Shown here in pieces: positions 50,140 through 59,291 of a DNA stretch of 64,000 bases. Position 1 is the first letter of the stretch, and every line of letters begins with the position of its first letter. The notes below the pieces were generated by a model. The model searched no databases. It had not been told where the DNA came from and saw nothing but the letters and a program-made list of their open reading frames with translations. The position numbers and the translations under genes were made by a program. Source of the DNA: Candidatus Latescibacterota bacterium (GTDB lineage: Bacteria > Latescibacterota > UBA2968); contig OZ240241.1 in NCBI GenBank assembly GCA_965198115.1, forward strand, positions 1,632,001 to 1,696,000, given 5' to 3'.

Positions 50140-50622
50140 CTACCCGTCGGAATCATCCGTTTTCTTCAAGGACGCGATCTGCTCGTTTGCCGCTCTCAGC
50201 CTCTTGGAGAGGACGCGCGTCATGTTGAGCACCATACTCAGGTGCGCATCACGATGTGCCTCGAAGAAAAGCCGAAGGGTTTCGAGTGGGAATTCCAGCA
50301 ACATCGCCTCGGGATCCGCCCGGACCGTCGCTGACCTCGGCAACACATCCACGAAAACCATCTCGCCAAAGAAGTCCCCGCGGCGGTGCAGCCGCGTCAA
50401 CTCGACCTTGTTCCCGTCGCCCGTCTTTTTCTCGATGACCACCTCGCCATCGTGAAGGATATACATCGATTCACCGGGCTCCCCCTCCTCCACGATCACG
50501 TTACCATCGCGGAACTGGTGAATCGCGGCCGCGCCGACGAGAGATTCCAGCTCGTCCATGTTCAGGCCGACCAGAAGTGGCGACAGGCTCAATGTATGGT
50601 AGTCGATCTCGCTCATGTTCAC
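50140..50622 (-). CDS. Cyclic nucleotide-binding domain protein
   Basis: IVEEGEPGESMYIL..GEV...GDFFGEM...PRSATVRA. Confidence 0.9.
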   Translation of the reverse strand: MNMSEIDYHTLSLSPLLVGLNMDELESLVGAAAIHQFRDGNVIVEEGEPGESMYILHDGEVVIEKKTGDGNKVELTRLHRRGDFFGEMVFVDVLPRSATVRADPEAMLLEFPLETLRLFFEAHRDAHLSMVLNMTRVLSKRLRAANEQIASLKKTDDSDG

Positions 50623-50626
50623 TCGT

Positions 50627-51328
50627 TCATCGACGGGTCACACCGTGTCTCAGCGTCAATTCCTGCAGCAGCACGCCGTAGGACGTCCTCAGGCTCGAAT
50701 CGAGACGAAAGGCGTGCCGGTAGGAACGAGCCGCCTCCCGATAAAAACCCTTGGCCGTCAGCACCCGCCCCAGAAGAAGGTAGTTTTCAGCGAAATCGGG
50801 CGCCAGCTCGGTAATCCGCGTGGCCATCTCGTGGGCGGTCTCGAAGTCTCGACGAGCCACGTGAATCCAAGCCTTCCCGAATCGGCTGTGGGGGTTCGTC
50901 GGATCCTTCTCCTCGGCAAGACTGTAGTAGAGGAGGGCGTTGTCGAGGTCTCCCGATCGGTGATACAGATAGCCGAGGCTCGACAGAATACCTGCATCGA
51001 GGGTGTCGATGGCCGCAACCTGCAGACCAGCCTGGATCGACTGCTCCAGGTCATCGAGGTGCAGGTAGCAACTCGCCAAGAGTCGCAGGGCTTGAAGGTG
51101 ACCCGTACGGTGAAGCAGGAAATCGCCCAACTCCGATGCGGCCGAGGCGTAATCCCCGTTTTCCATCGAAAGCCGTACACCGTCGAGACCGGGGTCGAGT
51201 ACGACTCCTGCCGTATCCGGACTCAGGTCGATGTCGGCTGGCTGTAGCAGCGCATCGAGGCCCGTCTGGGCGTATCCGGCCCCGCCGAGCAGGAGCCAAA
51301 CGAACGCCACCACGCAGAACCGACTCAT
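50627..51328 (-). CDS. Secreted TPR protein
   Basis: Signal peptide followed by TPR-like helical repeats (LGYLY...GDLDNA, LGRVL...G.Y.EA). Confidence 0.8.
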   Translation of the reverse strand: MSRFCVVAFVWLLLGGAGYAQTGLDALLQPADIDLSPDTAGVVLDPGLDGVRLSMENGDYASAASELGDFLLHRTGHLQALRLLASCYLHLDDLEQSIQAGLQVAAIDTLDAGILSSLGYLYHRSGDLDNALLYYSLAEEKDPTNPHSRFGKAWIHVARRDFETAHEMATRITELAPDFAENYLLLGRVLTAKGFYREAARSYRHAFRLDSSLRTSYGVLLQELTLRHGVTRR

Positions 51329-51963
51329 CCTACCACTTTCCCCTTCAGATAGAGCAACGAGTATATCCCCAGGACGCCCCCGAACCCTCCGACGACGATC
51401 ACGATGGTCGTGTTCGACAGTCCACCGAGGGTCCCGAGCACTTCTGCGTGCAGCTTGACGAACGCCTCGTTCCCGGGTTCCAGATCGAGCACCCGTTCGA
51501 TGGCTGTCCGCGCTTGGGCTTCCTCACCACGACCGTAATGAATCCGAGCAAGGTTGTAATAGGCCGTGGCGACATCCGGGGACACACGAACCGCCTGGCG
51601 ATACAGCCGCTCGGCAGCCTCCGGCTTCCCCTGTCTTTCGTAGACCGTACCGAGGTTGTTGTAGGCGTCGCCGTCCTTGGGATCCAGCTTGAGCACTTCC
51701 CGATAATACTTCTCTGCAAGGTCGTATCGTTTTTGAACAAAGCAGAGATACGCCAGATTGTAACGCGCATCTCGATGCTTGGGGTCGCGCTTGACGACCT
51801 TGAGATAGAGATCGACCGCCTTTCTCAGATCTTTCGGACGGTCGATACCCAGTTGCGCCTGCTGGGCCTGTTCGAAGAGCGCATCCGTCTCGTCAGCGTG
51901 AAGATACGCCGGGAAAAGCCCTGCCAGGGCCGACACGAAAGTAACCACCCAAACGCGGACCAA
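51325..51963 (-). CDS. TPR protein with a signal peptide and a C-terminal TM anchor
   Basis: ARYNLA, AYNNLG and AYYNLA repeats; hydrophobic C-terminal helix. Confidence 0.85.
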   Translation of the reverse strand: MVRVWVVTFVSALAGLFPAYLHADETDALFEQAQQAQLGIDRPKDLRKAVDLYLKVVKRDPKHRDARYNLAYLCFVQKRYDLAEKYYREVLKLDPKDGDAYNNLGTVYERQGKPEAAERLYRQAVRVSPDVATAYYNLARIHYGRGEEAQARTAIERVLDLEPGNEAFVKLHAEVLGTLGGLSNTTIVIVVGGFGGVLGIYSLLYLKGKVVG

Positions 51964-52254
51964 TCGTTCCTCTCTGAACAGGACTAAAATGGGAACATCA
52001 GATCGATTCGGGTTCTCAGGCTACTCGCGAACCGAACCTCGTCGAGAGACATGACGATGGGCGGCCGGTGCCTCCATAAGTCGAGGCACAGCTGCGCCGA
52101 GATGTCGAGTCGGCGGCTCGCGAGCCGCGCGACGAGGAAAGAGACCGTCAAGAGTCGGATCACGTCAAGTCCTGTTCAATGCTTAAATCATAGCATCGGC
52201 CTCCAACCGGAGTCAAGCTCGATTGGCGATCCAATGTATTTAAGAATCAAGGTG

Positions 52255-53367
52255 TTAGTTGTCCATCGCCCCCTGGTCGATCCAAAGCCGGACCAGCGCC
52301 AGGTCCCCACCGTTCAAAAAAGGCCCGCCCTGCGGCATCCTGTCCCCCAAAATGCCGGCTGAACCGGATATTTTCTGCATCAGGTAACTCGAGTCGGGCG
52401 ACCCGGGTGTCACACGCGGGGTCGTCGGAACCTGGGAGCTGGCCACACCGACCAGCGCCCGCCACGCCGTGTCGGCCGCCATTACCAGACCCTCCCCGGG
52501 GGGAAATCGATCGGATGCCGCGTGGCACCCGACGAACGCACAGTTTTGGTCGAACAGGGGTTGGATGTCCCGCGAAAAACCGGTCTCGGGTCGATAGGAG
52601 AAGGATTCGGACAGGGTGGCCGCACGGAGTCCGTCCGCGCCCATCACGCCGTCGATCTCGATCGTAAGAGAAACGCCCGCGGCGAGCGGCGACGTCGTCG
52701 CAGTCAGCAGGTCCGCTCCGTCGAACATCGTCGACAGAACGCTAACCTCACCCGCATCGGTCGTCACACGAACGGTTGGAATCAGAGCGGAATCGACCGC
52801 CTTCGTGAACGTGATCTGGACGCGGTCTGCCGCCGACGCGACGACGGCCCGGATATCGGGGGGCGTCGGGGGGGCTTTCGTTCGGAGCGCTCCCGCGCCG
52901 ATCCAGTCGCGGATCGCGGCGATCTCCGCAATATCCAAAGGGGGGCGCTCCAGCGGCATGCGGTCCCCAAAAGCCACGCGACCCGCGGAGTCTACGCCCT
53001 CGAGTTTCCAGATGAGCAGGCTGTTGTCGGGGTCGCCAGCGATCACCTGAGGACCGTTCCGGCTCAGAGTCGGGTCGAAGAGCTCATCGTAGCTGACCGG
53101 TGAGGTGAGATCGAGCCCGGCGTCTCTCTCGCCCACGCCTCCTGGCTCGTGGCAACCCCCCGTACACGACCGGTCGAACACATCCTGGACATCTCGATCG
53201 AAGAACGACGAGGTCCCCGACGGGGCGGCCACAATCGGTGCGGTCGTGAAGGTCTGCCGCGTTCGAACATCGCTGCAGGCCACGATCAACACGGCCAGCA
53301 CACAGATCGTCACTGGTGGCAGTAGCCGCAAAAGCCGACACCCCCCGTGCGTGTGTTGACGTGACAC
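52255..53367 (-). CDS. Putative lipoprotein cytochrome c with two atypical heme motifs (alternative start GTG 53313)
   Basis: Lipobox-like LIVAC; two similar domains F.RD.Q..FD..C(X3/X4)CH...PG.PD.S.L..K...GDRMP...WI..GA flanking an Ig-like region. Confidence 0.78.
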   Translation of the reverse strand: MSRQHTHGGCRLLRLLPPVTICVLAVLIVACSDVRTRQTFTTAPIVAAPSGTSSFFDRDVQDVFDRSCTGGCHEPGGVGERDAGLDLTSPVSYDELFDPTLSRNGPQVIAGDPDNSLLIWKLEGVDSAGRVAFGDRMPLERPPLDIAEIAAIRDWIGAGALRTKAPPTPPDIRAVVASAADRVQITFTKAVDSALIPTVRVTTDAGEVSVLSTMFDGADLLTATTSPLAAGVSLTIEIDGVMGADGLRAATLSESFSYRPETGFSRDIQPLFDQNCAFVGCHAASDRFPPGEGLVMAADTAWRALVGVASSQVPTTPRVTPGSPDSSYLMQKISGSAGILGDRMPQGGPFLNGGDLALVRLWIDQGAMDN

Positions 53368-54473
53368 GCGTAGCAGGTCGCTCCGTCATCGGTATGGAAG
53401 TCTCCTCGGCCGGCTACGTCGGCGAAGTTCACCCCGTGGGTGGCCGGGTCCGTCCCCCGGACACCATCGAAGTCCACGTGGCACTGCAGACAACTCGGGT
53501 CTGCGGCATCGACGTCGTGACAGGCGATGCATCTTTCGATGTCGCGTCGCGCCCACGATGCGTGACGCCCGCCACCCGACCCCATTCCCGCCACCCAGGG
53601 CTCCGGGTCCTGGGGCAACGGACCGTGCCAGATCGGTTTAAATCGTTCCTCCCTGTCCTCAACGCGGTGGCAATCGATGCAGTAGTCCGGTTCGTGGCAG
53701 GACTGACACCGCCGTTCCTTCCCAGCTGCGTCGAGAGGATGCAGAAATCGATAGTTGGGTTCGTGCTGTCTTTGCACCACCTGCCCGATCCTTCCCCGCG
53801 AACTCGGGGCATAAGTCGGAACCCGGTCGGTCGGACTCGACGCCTGGACCAGGAGAGCGCCGGCGTGGCAGTCCTCGCACCAACTGTCGTCGTGGCATTT
53901 TTCGCACGGCATGTCGTCGGCACGACTGTGTTGTTTGTGTTCGTAAACCCAATCCACCCGGTGAGTCTGTGGTCGAATGACCTCCACCCTGGGATGGCAG
54001 GTCTCACACACCAGCGGGGCGTCAGCGTCCTGGTGACAGGTCAGACAGTCGTCCATGATCGGCCAGTTGTGCCGGCTGGCATAGTCGGTCTCCGTCATCC
54101 CCAGGTGGCACCCCTCGCACGACAGCTGAACCGTCTCGAGATGGTACCCGTGTGGAAACTCGATCAGCCGTTCGGGACTGTCGAACGCGACCCTCTGGAC
54201 GTCGGGCCGGTGACACATTCCACACTGCGTTTCGTCCTCGACCTCGCTGTGACACGTGCCACACGTCGCTTCCTTGGGCAGAATGTTGTCACGCGATCGC
54301 GAGCTCGCAGCCGCCTCCGTATGACAGTCCACACACGTCAAGCCGTAGTCGAGCAGGTGCTCTGCGTGCGAAAAGATGATCAGGGCAGATCGATTCTGCT
54401 CGGGTATCGTCACGTGCGACCTGTCTTCGGCGTGGGCGGCCCACACCATCACAAGTGCGGTGATCAGAATCAT
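53310..54473 (-). CDS. Periplasmic multiheme cytochrome c (14 CxxCH motifs)
   Basis: Signal peptide MILITALVMVWAAHA; FSHAEH and FPHGYH c7-like motifs; 14 CxxCH motifs counted; ATGA overlap with the upstream gene. Confidence 0.92.
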   Translation of the reverse strand: MILITALVMVWAAHAEDRSHVTIPEQNRSALIIFSHAEHLLDYGLTCVDCHTEAAASSRSRDNILPKEATCGTCHSEVEDETQCGMCHRPDVQRVAFDSPERLIEFPHGYHLETVQLSCEGCHLGMTETDYASRHNWPIMDDCLTCHQDADAPLVCETCHPRVEVIRPQTHRVDWVYEHKQHSRADDMPCEKCHDDSWCEDCHAGALLVQASSPTDRVPTYAPSSRGRIGQVVQRQHEPNYRFLHPLDAAGKERRCQSCHEPDYCIDCHRVEDREERFKPIWHGPLPQDPEPWVAGMGSGGGRHASWARRDIERCIACHDVDAADPSCLQCHVDFDGVRGTDPATHGVNFADVAGRGDFHTDDGATCYACHVNTRTGGVGFCGYCHQ

Positions 54474-55816
54474 CGAGGCCCACGCTTCGCAAAAATCCAT
54501 CCGGTCGCGCTGAAGAAGAAACGCAGATCGTGTCCGTTTCCCGGAAACGGATTCGCCCGCGTGGCCAGTTTGAGATCCTGAGAGAGATTCTGTCCTTGCA
54601 GGGTGAGGCTGAAGCGTCGCATCGGTCGAATGTGGAGACCCAGCGTCTGCGATGCGACCATCGACCGCGAGCCGCCCGCTTCGTGCGTCTTGAATCGAGT
54701 CAGATTGAAGGACGCCTCGGCCCACACGCGTTCGTGGAGTGTCTTTCGAACGACCGAGGTGACCCCGTCGGAAACGCCACCCGAGCCACGGCGTGCCACG
54801 TATCCGACGACACCGTTGAGCACCTGGGCGCCCGCGTTGAAGCGAGCTCCTCGATCGGAGGCATAGTCCACGAGACTCGCGATCCCGAAGAGCCCGAAGA
54901 AACGGTTGAACCGGTAGGTTCCGCGCAGGGAGTATTCCTGATTTCCGGCCTGGGCGAACACCGCGAAGAGACTGTTCTGGTCAACGTAGGGTGTGCGGTG
55001 TATGAAGTCCGCCGAGAGGGAGGTAGGACCGCGCTGAAAGCGGAGGACGCCCTCGACGCGACGCGTCTTCCAACCGTCCGGGATGCTCGTATCCCACCTG
55101 AAGTACCCCGAAAGTGGGCCGACCTGGCGTCGCAGATCAAGGCCGGCCATTTCCTGCTCGACTTCGCCCGGTTTGATCTCCAAAGCGGAAAGGCCCGCGG
55201 CTTCACGGTACTCTGCGCGATAGGGTTTGGCTTCTCGGCTGCGGCGGTAATAGCTCAGACCCATTGTGGTTCCCGCCAGCGTAGACAGAAACCGACCGCC
55301 GTAGATGTGGCCCTCGCTCCACGACGAGACCCCTTCTTCTCCGGCGGCCACGAGTGTACCCACGTAGAAGTCCCATTCCCCCACTCCGGAAGCGCGGCCC
55401 GATGCACGCAGGCCATCGATCCGACCGACACCCACACCCGACAGGATCGTCTGTCGCCCGAATTTCCCCACGAACCGTCGACCCGCGTCCCGATACCTCA
55501 CGAACCCGTGGTAGAGTCGGTAGGCAGGGTCGCCGCCGATGCCGGCCCTCATCTCCTTCGACATCCTTCCATAGACGTGAAGGGAGACCTCCGGGCGGCC
55601 GACGCCCATCAACCGGACGCGGCCCGTTTGGTAGACCCGGAAGGATCCAGTCGTCACCGAATCCTGAAGCGCCCGCTCGAACGTGTAGAACGCGGATGTG
55701 AACCGACCGGAAAGTGTTGTCCCCCAGACGGTTAAAGATAAAAAGTAGAGTAAACAGAGAAGGAGAAGCCCGCGGATCTGCCAGCCCGTCATCGAGTCGA
55801 ATCTCAGGAAGGTCAT
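54470..55816 (-). CDS. Putative outer-membrane beta-barrel (porin-like) protein
   Basis: Signal peptide; alternating aromatic/hydrophobic beta pattern throughout, GRQ motif and a final FFFSATGWIF strand; coupled to the multiheme cytochrome. Confidence 0.72.
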   Translation of the reverse strand: MTFLRFDSMTGWQIRGLLLLCLLYFLSLTVWGTTLSGRFTSAFYTFERALQDSVTTGSFRVYQTGRVRLMGVGRPEVSLHVYGRMSKEMRAGIGGDPAYRLYHGFVRYRDAGRRFVGKFGRQTILSGVGVGRIDGLRASGRASGVGEWDFYVGTLVAAGEEGVSSWSEGHIYGGRFLSTLAGTTMGLSYYRRSREAKPYRAEYREAAGLSALEIKPGEVEQEMAGLDLRRQVGPLSGYFRWDTSIPDGWKTRRVEGVLRFQRGPTSLSADFIHRTPYVDQNSLFAVFAQAGNQEYSLRGTYRFNRFFGLFGIASLVDYASDRGARFNAGAQVLNGVVGYVARRGSGGVSDGVTSVVRKTLHERVWAEASFNLTRFKTHEAGGSRSMVASQTLGLHIRPMRRFSLTLQGQNLSQDLKLATRANPFPGNGHDLRFFFSATGWIFAKRGPR

Positions 55817-55863
55817 TCAGGGAGCGGCGGTCGCGGACGCCTCGCTACGGGAGGAACGATCGA

Positions 55864-55984
55864 CTTGCCTGGGCTGTCGGAAATACAAATCCCGGCCTGC
55901 CGATCCGTGTCGTCGTAACGTCCGACGGCGTAGGGAGATCCGTCGGGGGGAAGACGACGGGGGAAAGCCGACAGGCCGGGCAAG
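55864..55984 (-). promoter_or_regulatory. Structured 5' leader of the porin-cytochrome operon (candidate cis-regulatory RNA)
   Basis: Segment 55968-55984 is complementary to both 55891-55903 and 55864-55880, with nested inner stems. Candidate promoter TTGCGG-N17-TACCTT at 56009-56037. Confidence 0.45.
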
Positions 55985-56058
55985 GTGCCTTTTTCCAATG
56001 ATTTACAAAAGGTAATACATGTCCAATGGGGCCGCAAGACCACGGGTGTTCGGATCCG

Positions 56059-57192
56059 TCAGGCCAACGTTTTCCACGCTACGGATCCCTCGACCGACTC
56101 GAATGCACCGTTTTTCGGGTTTTCGCTCAGGTTGAACAGAGTCTTTTTGCCGTCCAGACTCCACGATTCGAGCTGAGGCCCGATGTCCGATTGCTGGACC
56201 TTGGTTTCGGCCCAGGTTTCGTCCATCTCGATCACACCCGACGAGGAGTCCTTGACGTGCGAAAGTTGCAGGGCCCTCACGCGGCAGCCGGTGTGGATTT
56301 CTCCCCTAACCCGACACCGCACCGGGACAGCCTGTTCGAGTCCTTCCAGAAGCTCGTTCCGTTCCAGTTGGAGCCCCTCGACATCTTTCCGAAGCTGGTC
56401 CGCCCGTTGTACTATCATCACGTGCTCGCGGAGCTCTTCGATCACTTTTAGGAAAATCCTGTGCCGACTCGGGTTCTGGCTTACGTAACCTTTATTCGTT
56501 CGCGTGATCATGCCCACGACGACTTTCAGATAAAACTCCTGCAGGGCCCTCGCGGCGTCTTGCCTATCTCCCAAGGCATTGTAAAATGCGTTCAGATCGA
56601 CTTTCAGTTCCCCGGGACCCGGAATGAGAATGCTGCCCAGCCGCAAATCGACCTGGGGGTAATCCCGAATGAACTTTCGTGCGCCTGCCCCGACCTTCAC
56701 CTCGAGTGCTGAAAGTTCCTTGTCGATCGTCTGCATGGCGGCACGCTGTCGTTTGAGGTCTGTGATCTCTCCCGAGCGGTAGCCGAGGGAGACGACCGTC
56801 TCTCGGAGATCGCCACGAACTTCCACACCCATGTCCGAGTGAAGTTCGCTGTTTGCAACATCCCCTTGTACGACGATATGACGCGCCCGGATTCGGGCGT
56901 GCTGCACGGCTTTTTCCACGACCAGCGTCTCATCCACTTCTATCTGACACGTACCCCTCTCGTCACCCAGAACATCCCCGTTAATCGAGAGGTGGCCCCG
57001 CCCCGATATGACGCTGCTGCGAAAGACAGCGCCCTGGATCAGTCCGTTCTGATCGCCGAAATTCAGCTCGCCGCTTTCCGCGTTGACTTCGGGTACGACC
57101 CGAACTTCTTCTTCTTCCTCGGCGTGGTCGTCAGGTTCCGGCATAGAGCTCCCTTCCGTGCCCCCACTCCGATTCTCACCTTCCTGCGTCAT
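56059..57192 (-). CDS. Hypothetical protein, FapA/DUF342-like beta-helix plus coiled coil
   Basis: Repeated I.V.GDV-type beta-helix motifs, a coiled coil and C-terminal VRGEIHTGCRV. Confidence 0.55.
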   Translation of the reverse strand: MTQEGENRSGGTEGSSMPEPDDHAEEEEEVRVVPEVNAESGELNFGDQNGLIQGAVFRSSVISGRGHLSINGDVLGDERGTCQIEVDETLVVEKAVQHARIRARHIVVQGDVANSELHSDMGVEVRGDLRETVVSLGYRSGEITDLKRQRAAMQTIDKELSALEVKVGAGARKFIRDYPQVDLRLGSILIPGPGELKVDLNAFYNALGDRQDAARALQEFYLKVVVGMITRTNKGYVSQNPSRHRIFLKVIEELREHVMIVQRADQLRKDVEGLQLERNELLEGLEQAVPVRCRVRGEIHTGCRVRALQLSHVKDSSSGVIEMDETWAETKVQQSDIGPQLESWSLDGKKTLFNLSENPKNGAFESVEGSVAWKTLA

Positions 57193-57576
57193 TACCTAAA
57201 CCGCGAATCTCATCTCTCTTGTTGACCAGTTCCCGGGTCAGGTCGACCAGCCTCTTAATGGTCTCGGTCCTCACCGGCTTCGCCAGTACCAGATCCGTAT
57301 GTTCGAACACATCCTCCGACACTTCCTCCGTATATCCCGACACGATCGCGATCACTGCCCACGGCATCATACCCCGACGACGGACAGGATATCGATGCCG
57401 CTCACGCCCGACATTTTGATGTCCAGCGTGACCAGATCGAATCGCGTCTGGATGGCACGTGCCAGAGCCTCCTCGCCGCTTTCAGCCACCTCGACGAGAT
57501 CCGCCCCCAGCGTTCGAATGCTATCCGACAAAAAATCGCGAACATCCTGATCATCGTCTACGACAAGAGCTTTCAT
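57176..57576 (-). CDS. Stand-alone response regulator receiver domain, frameshifted near 57375
   Basis: MKALVVDDD...DLVTLDIKMSGVSGID, then after one inserted base RGMMPWAVIAIVSGY...LAKPV; paralog of 10543..10935. Confidence 0.8.
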
Positions 57577-57594
57577 GAGTCCTCCCAACTTCCT

Positions 57595-58311
57595 CTACGA
57601 CCCGAACTGTTTCGCAAGTTCCAGAAAGTCGACAAACCCGACCGTTCCATCCCCATCTAAATCGAACCGCGGGTCGAACCCGGACTCGCCGGCCGAAATC
57701 CCAAACCCACTGGCGAACCTCAAAAAGTCGGCAAAGTCGACGCGGCCGCTCCCATCGAAGTCGGCGGAGACCGCGCTCTCCTGCAATCGACCCAGTTGAA
57801 TCACCCCCAGAGGGGAGCCCGCTTCCGGCGCGACGGACGCCGCGAGGGAAGACAGATCGCCAAGCGTGATCGGACGGATCAGCGTGAGAGAGTCGCCTGC
57901 CGCGGTGAAACTGAGGCTATCCGTCGTGTTGGCTGAGGTCAAGACGAGCGTTGTGTCGTCGACCCGGTAGGTGCCCCCTTCCTCCACCGTATCCCTGACG
58001 CTCACCTGAAGAGGGGCACCCAGAACGGTCAGAGCCACATCGACCCGAAGCACATAGGCAAGCGAAAAACCATCCGCCGAATCCAGATTCAGCTGCCCCG
58101 ATACGAGAGCGGTCAGTGCCAGATCGTCGGCTGCGGCCGTAAGCGCCGGATCGGCGTAAACCTGAACGACGACGTCGGCTCCACCCCACAACCCGGCGGG
58201 ATCGCCGCCCGACGCGATCGGCACCTCGTCCAGCGTCTGGCCCGCGGCTGTGGCCGCCGACAAAAGAATGCCCACGAACAGGAAGATCCGACGACTACGT
58301 CCACGATTCAT
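57595..58311 (-). CDS. Secreted protein with a C-terminal dockerin/EF-hand-like domain
   Basis: Signal peptide; ADFDGSGRVDFADFLRFASGFG...FDLDGDGTVGFVDFLELAKQFG. Confidence 0.82.
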   Translation of the reverse strand: MNRGRSRRIFLFVGILLSAATAAGQTLDEVPIASGGDPAGLWGGADVVVQVYADPALTAAADDLALTALVSGQLNLDSADGFSLAYVLRVDVALTVLGAPLQVSVRDTVEEGGTYRVDDTTLVLTSANTTDSLSFTAAGDSLTLIRPITLGDLSSLAASVAPEAGSPLGVIQLGRLQESAVSADFDGSGRVDFADFLRFASGFGISAGESGFDPRFDLDGDGTVGFVDFLELAKQFGS

Positions 58312-58467
58312 CGGATAAATATACAACTCCGCGGACCGAGATGAAGCCATCATGTTGCCCTTGAGTTCCCGCGTCGGCCGCGACGAACTTCCCAGCCACA
58401 AGGGGGATTCCTGTGCAACGATCAATTTGGGTGCCCAACCGCCCGTCCGCCCCCAGACCCGAAAGCA

Positions 58468-59291
58468 TCAGGGCCATCGCGTCTCGAACGCGTCCATCCC
58501 CTGGCCATAAACCAGGTCCCCATACACCCGCCATTCGGTCAAGACTCCATCTGCCAGGGGCGCGTCTTCCTGGAGCACACCCAGATTCACGTCCAACTCG
58601 GCCACCGTCGAAGGAGCTGTCATCGCCACCTGAACGGCGGGGTGCGAGAGCGCGAAACGATAGCAGTCGACGGGAGTAGGGACACGCCTCGTCCACTCTG
58701 AGTGGCCCTGGAGGAGAGAACCCCATCGAGTGCACGTGAACGCCACGACGGGGACCTGTGAGTCGAGCGCCGTCGAGAGCAGGTTCGACTCGGACTTTCT
58801 GTGGGCCATGTTGTAACGATGCATCACCACGTCGACGCGACCGGACGCCACAAGACGCTCAGCCAGCGGACGGTCGTGGACGCTCGCACCCACGTACCGG
58901 GTTCTTCCCTGATCCTTGAGCGATTCAATCGTCCGCAGTGCCCCATCCTCACCCAGAATCGTATCGAGATCCTCCTCCGGCGACACATACTCCGCGAAGA
59001 ACACATCCACATCTTCAATGCCAACTCGCTCCGAAACCTCATCGGCGTATGCCAGAATCGCGTCGGGCGATCGGTCTTCTGTACCTGTGGCGACGATCAA
59101 GGACTCCCTGCGATCACGGCAGACACGGCGCAGACCTTCCACCATTCCGTCGAACCGCATCGAGTAGAAAACAGGTAGTTCACGCCAGCCCGCACAGCCC
59201 GGTCCACCATCTGCGGCGTGGTGCGATCGTTGCCCCCGAGACCCAGGACAGACGCCCGTTCTCCTTCCCGACTGTGAATCGGATTATTCAC
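58468..59291 (-). CDS. Aldo/keto reductase family protein, frameshifted near 59170
   Basis: N-part SVLGLGG...AVRAGVNYLF; C-part LKDQGRTRYVGASVH, VMHRYNMAHR and YRFALSHPAV. Confidence 0.8.
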
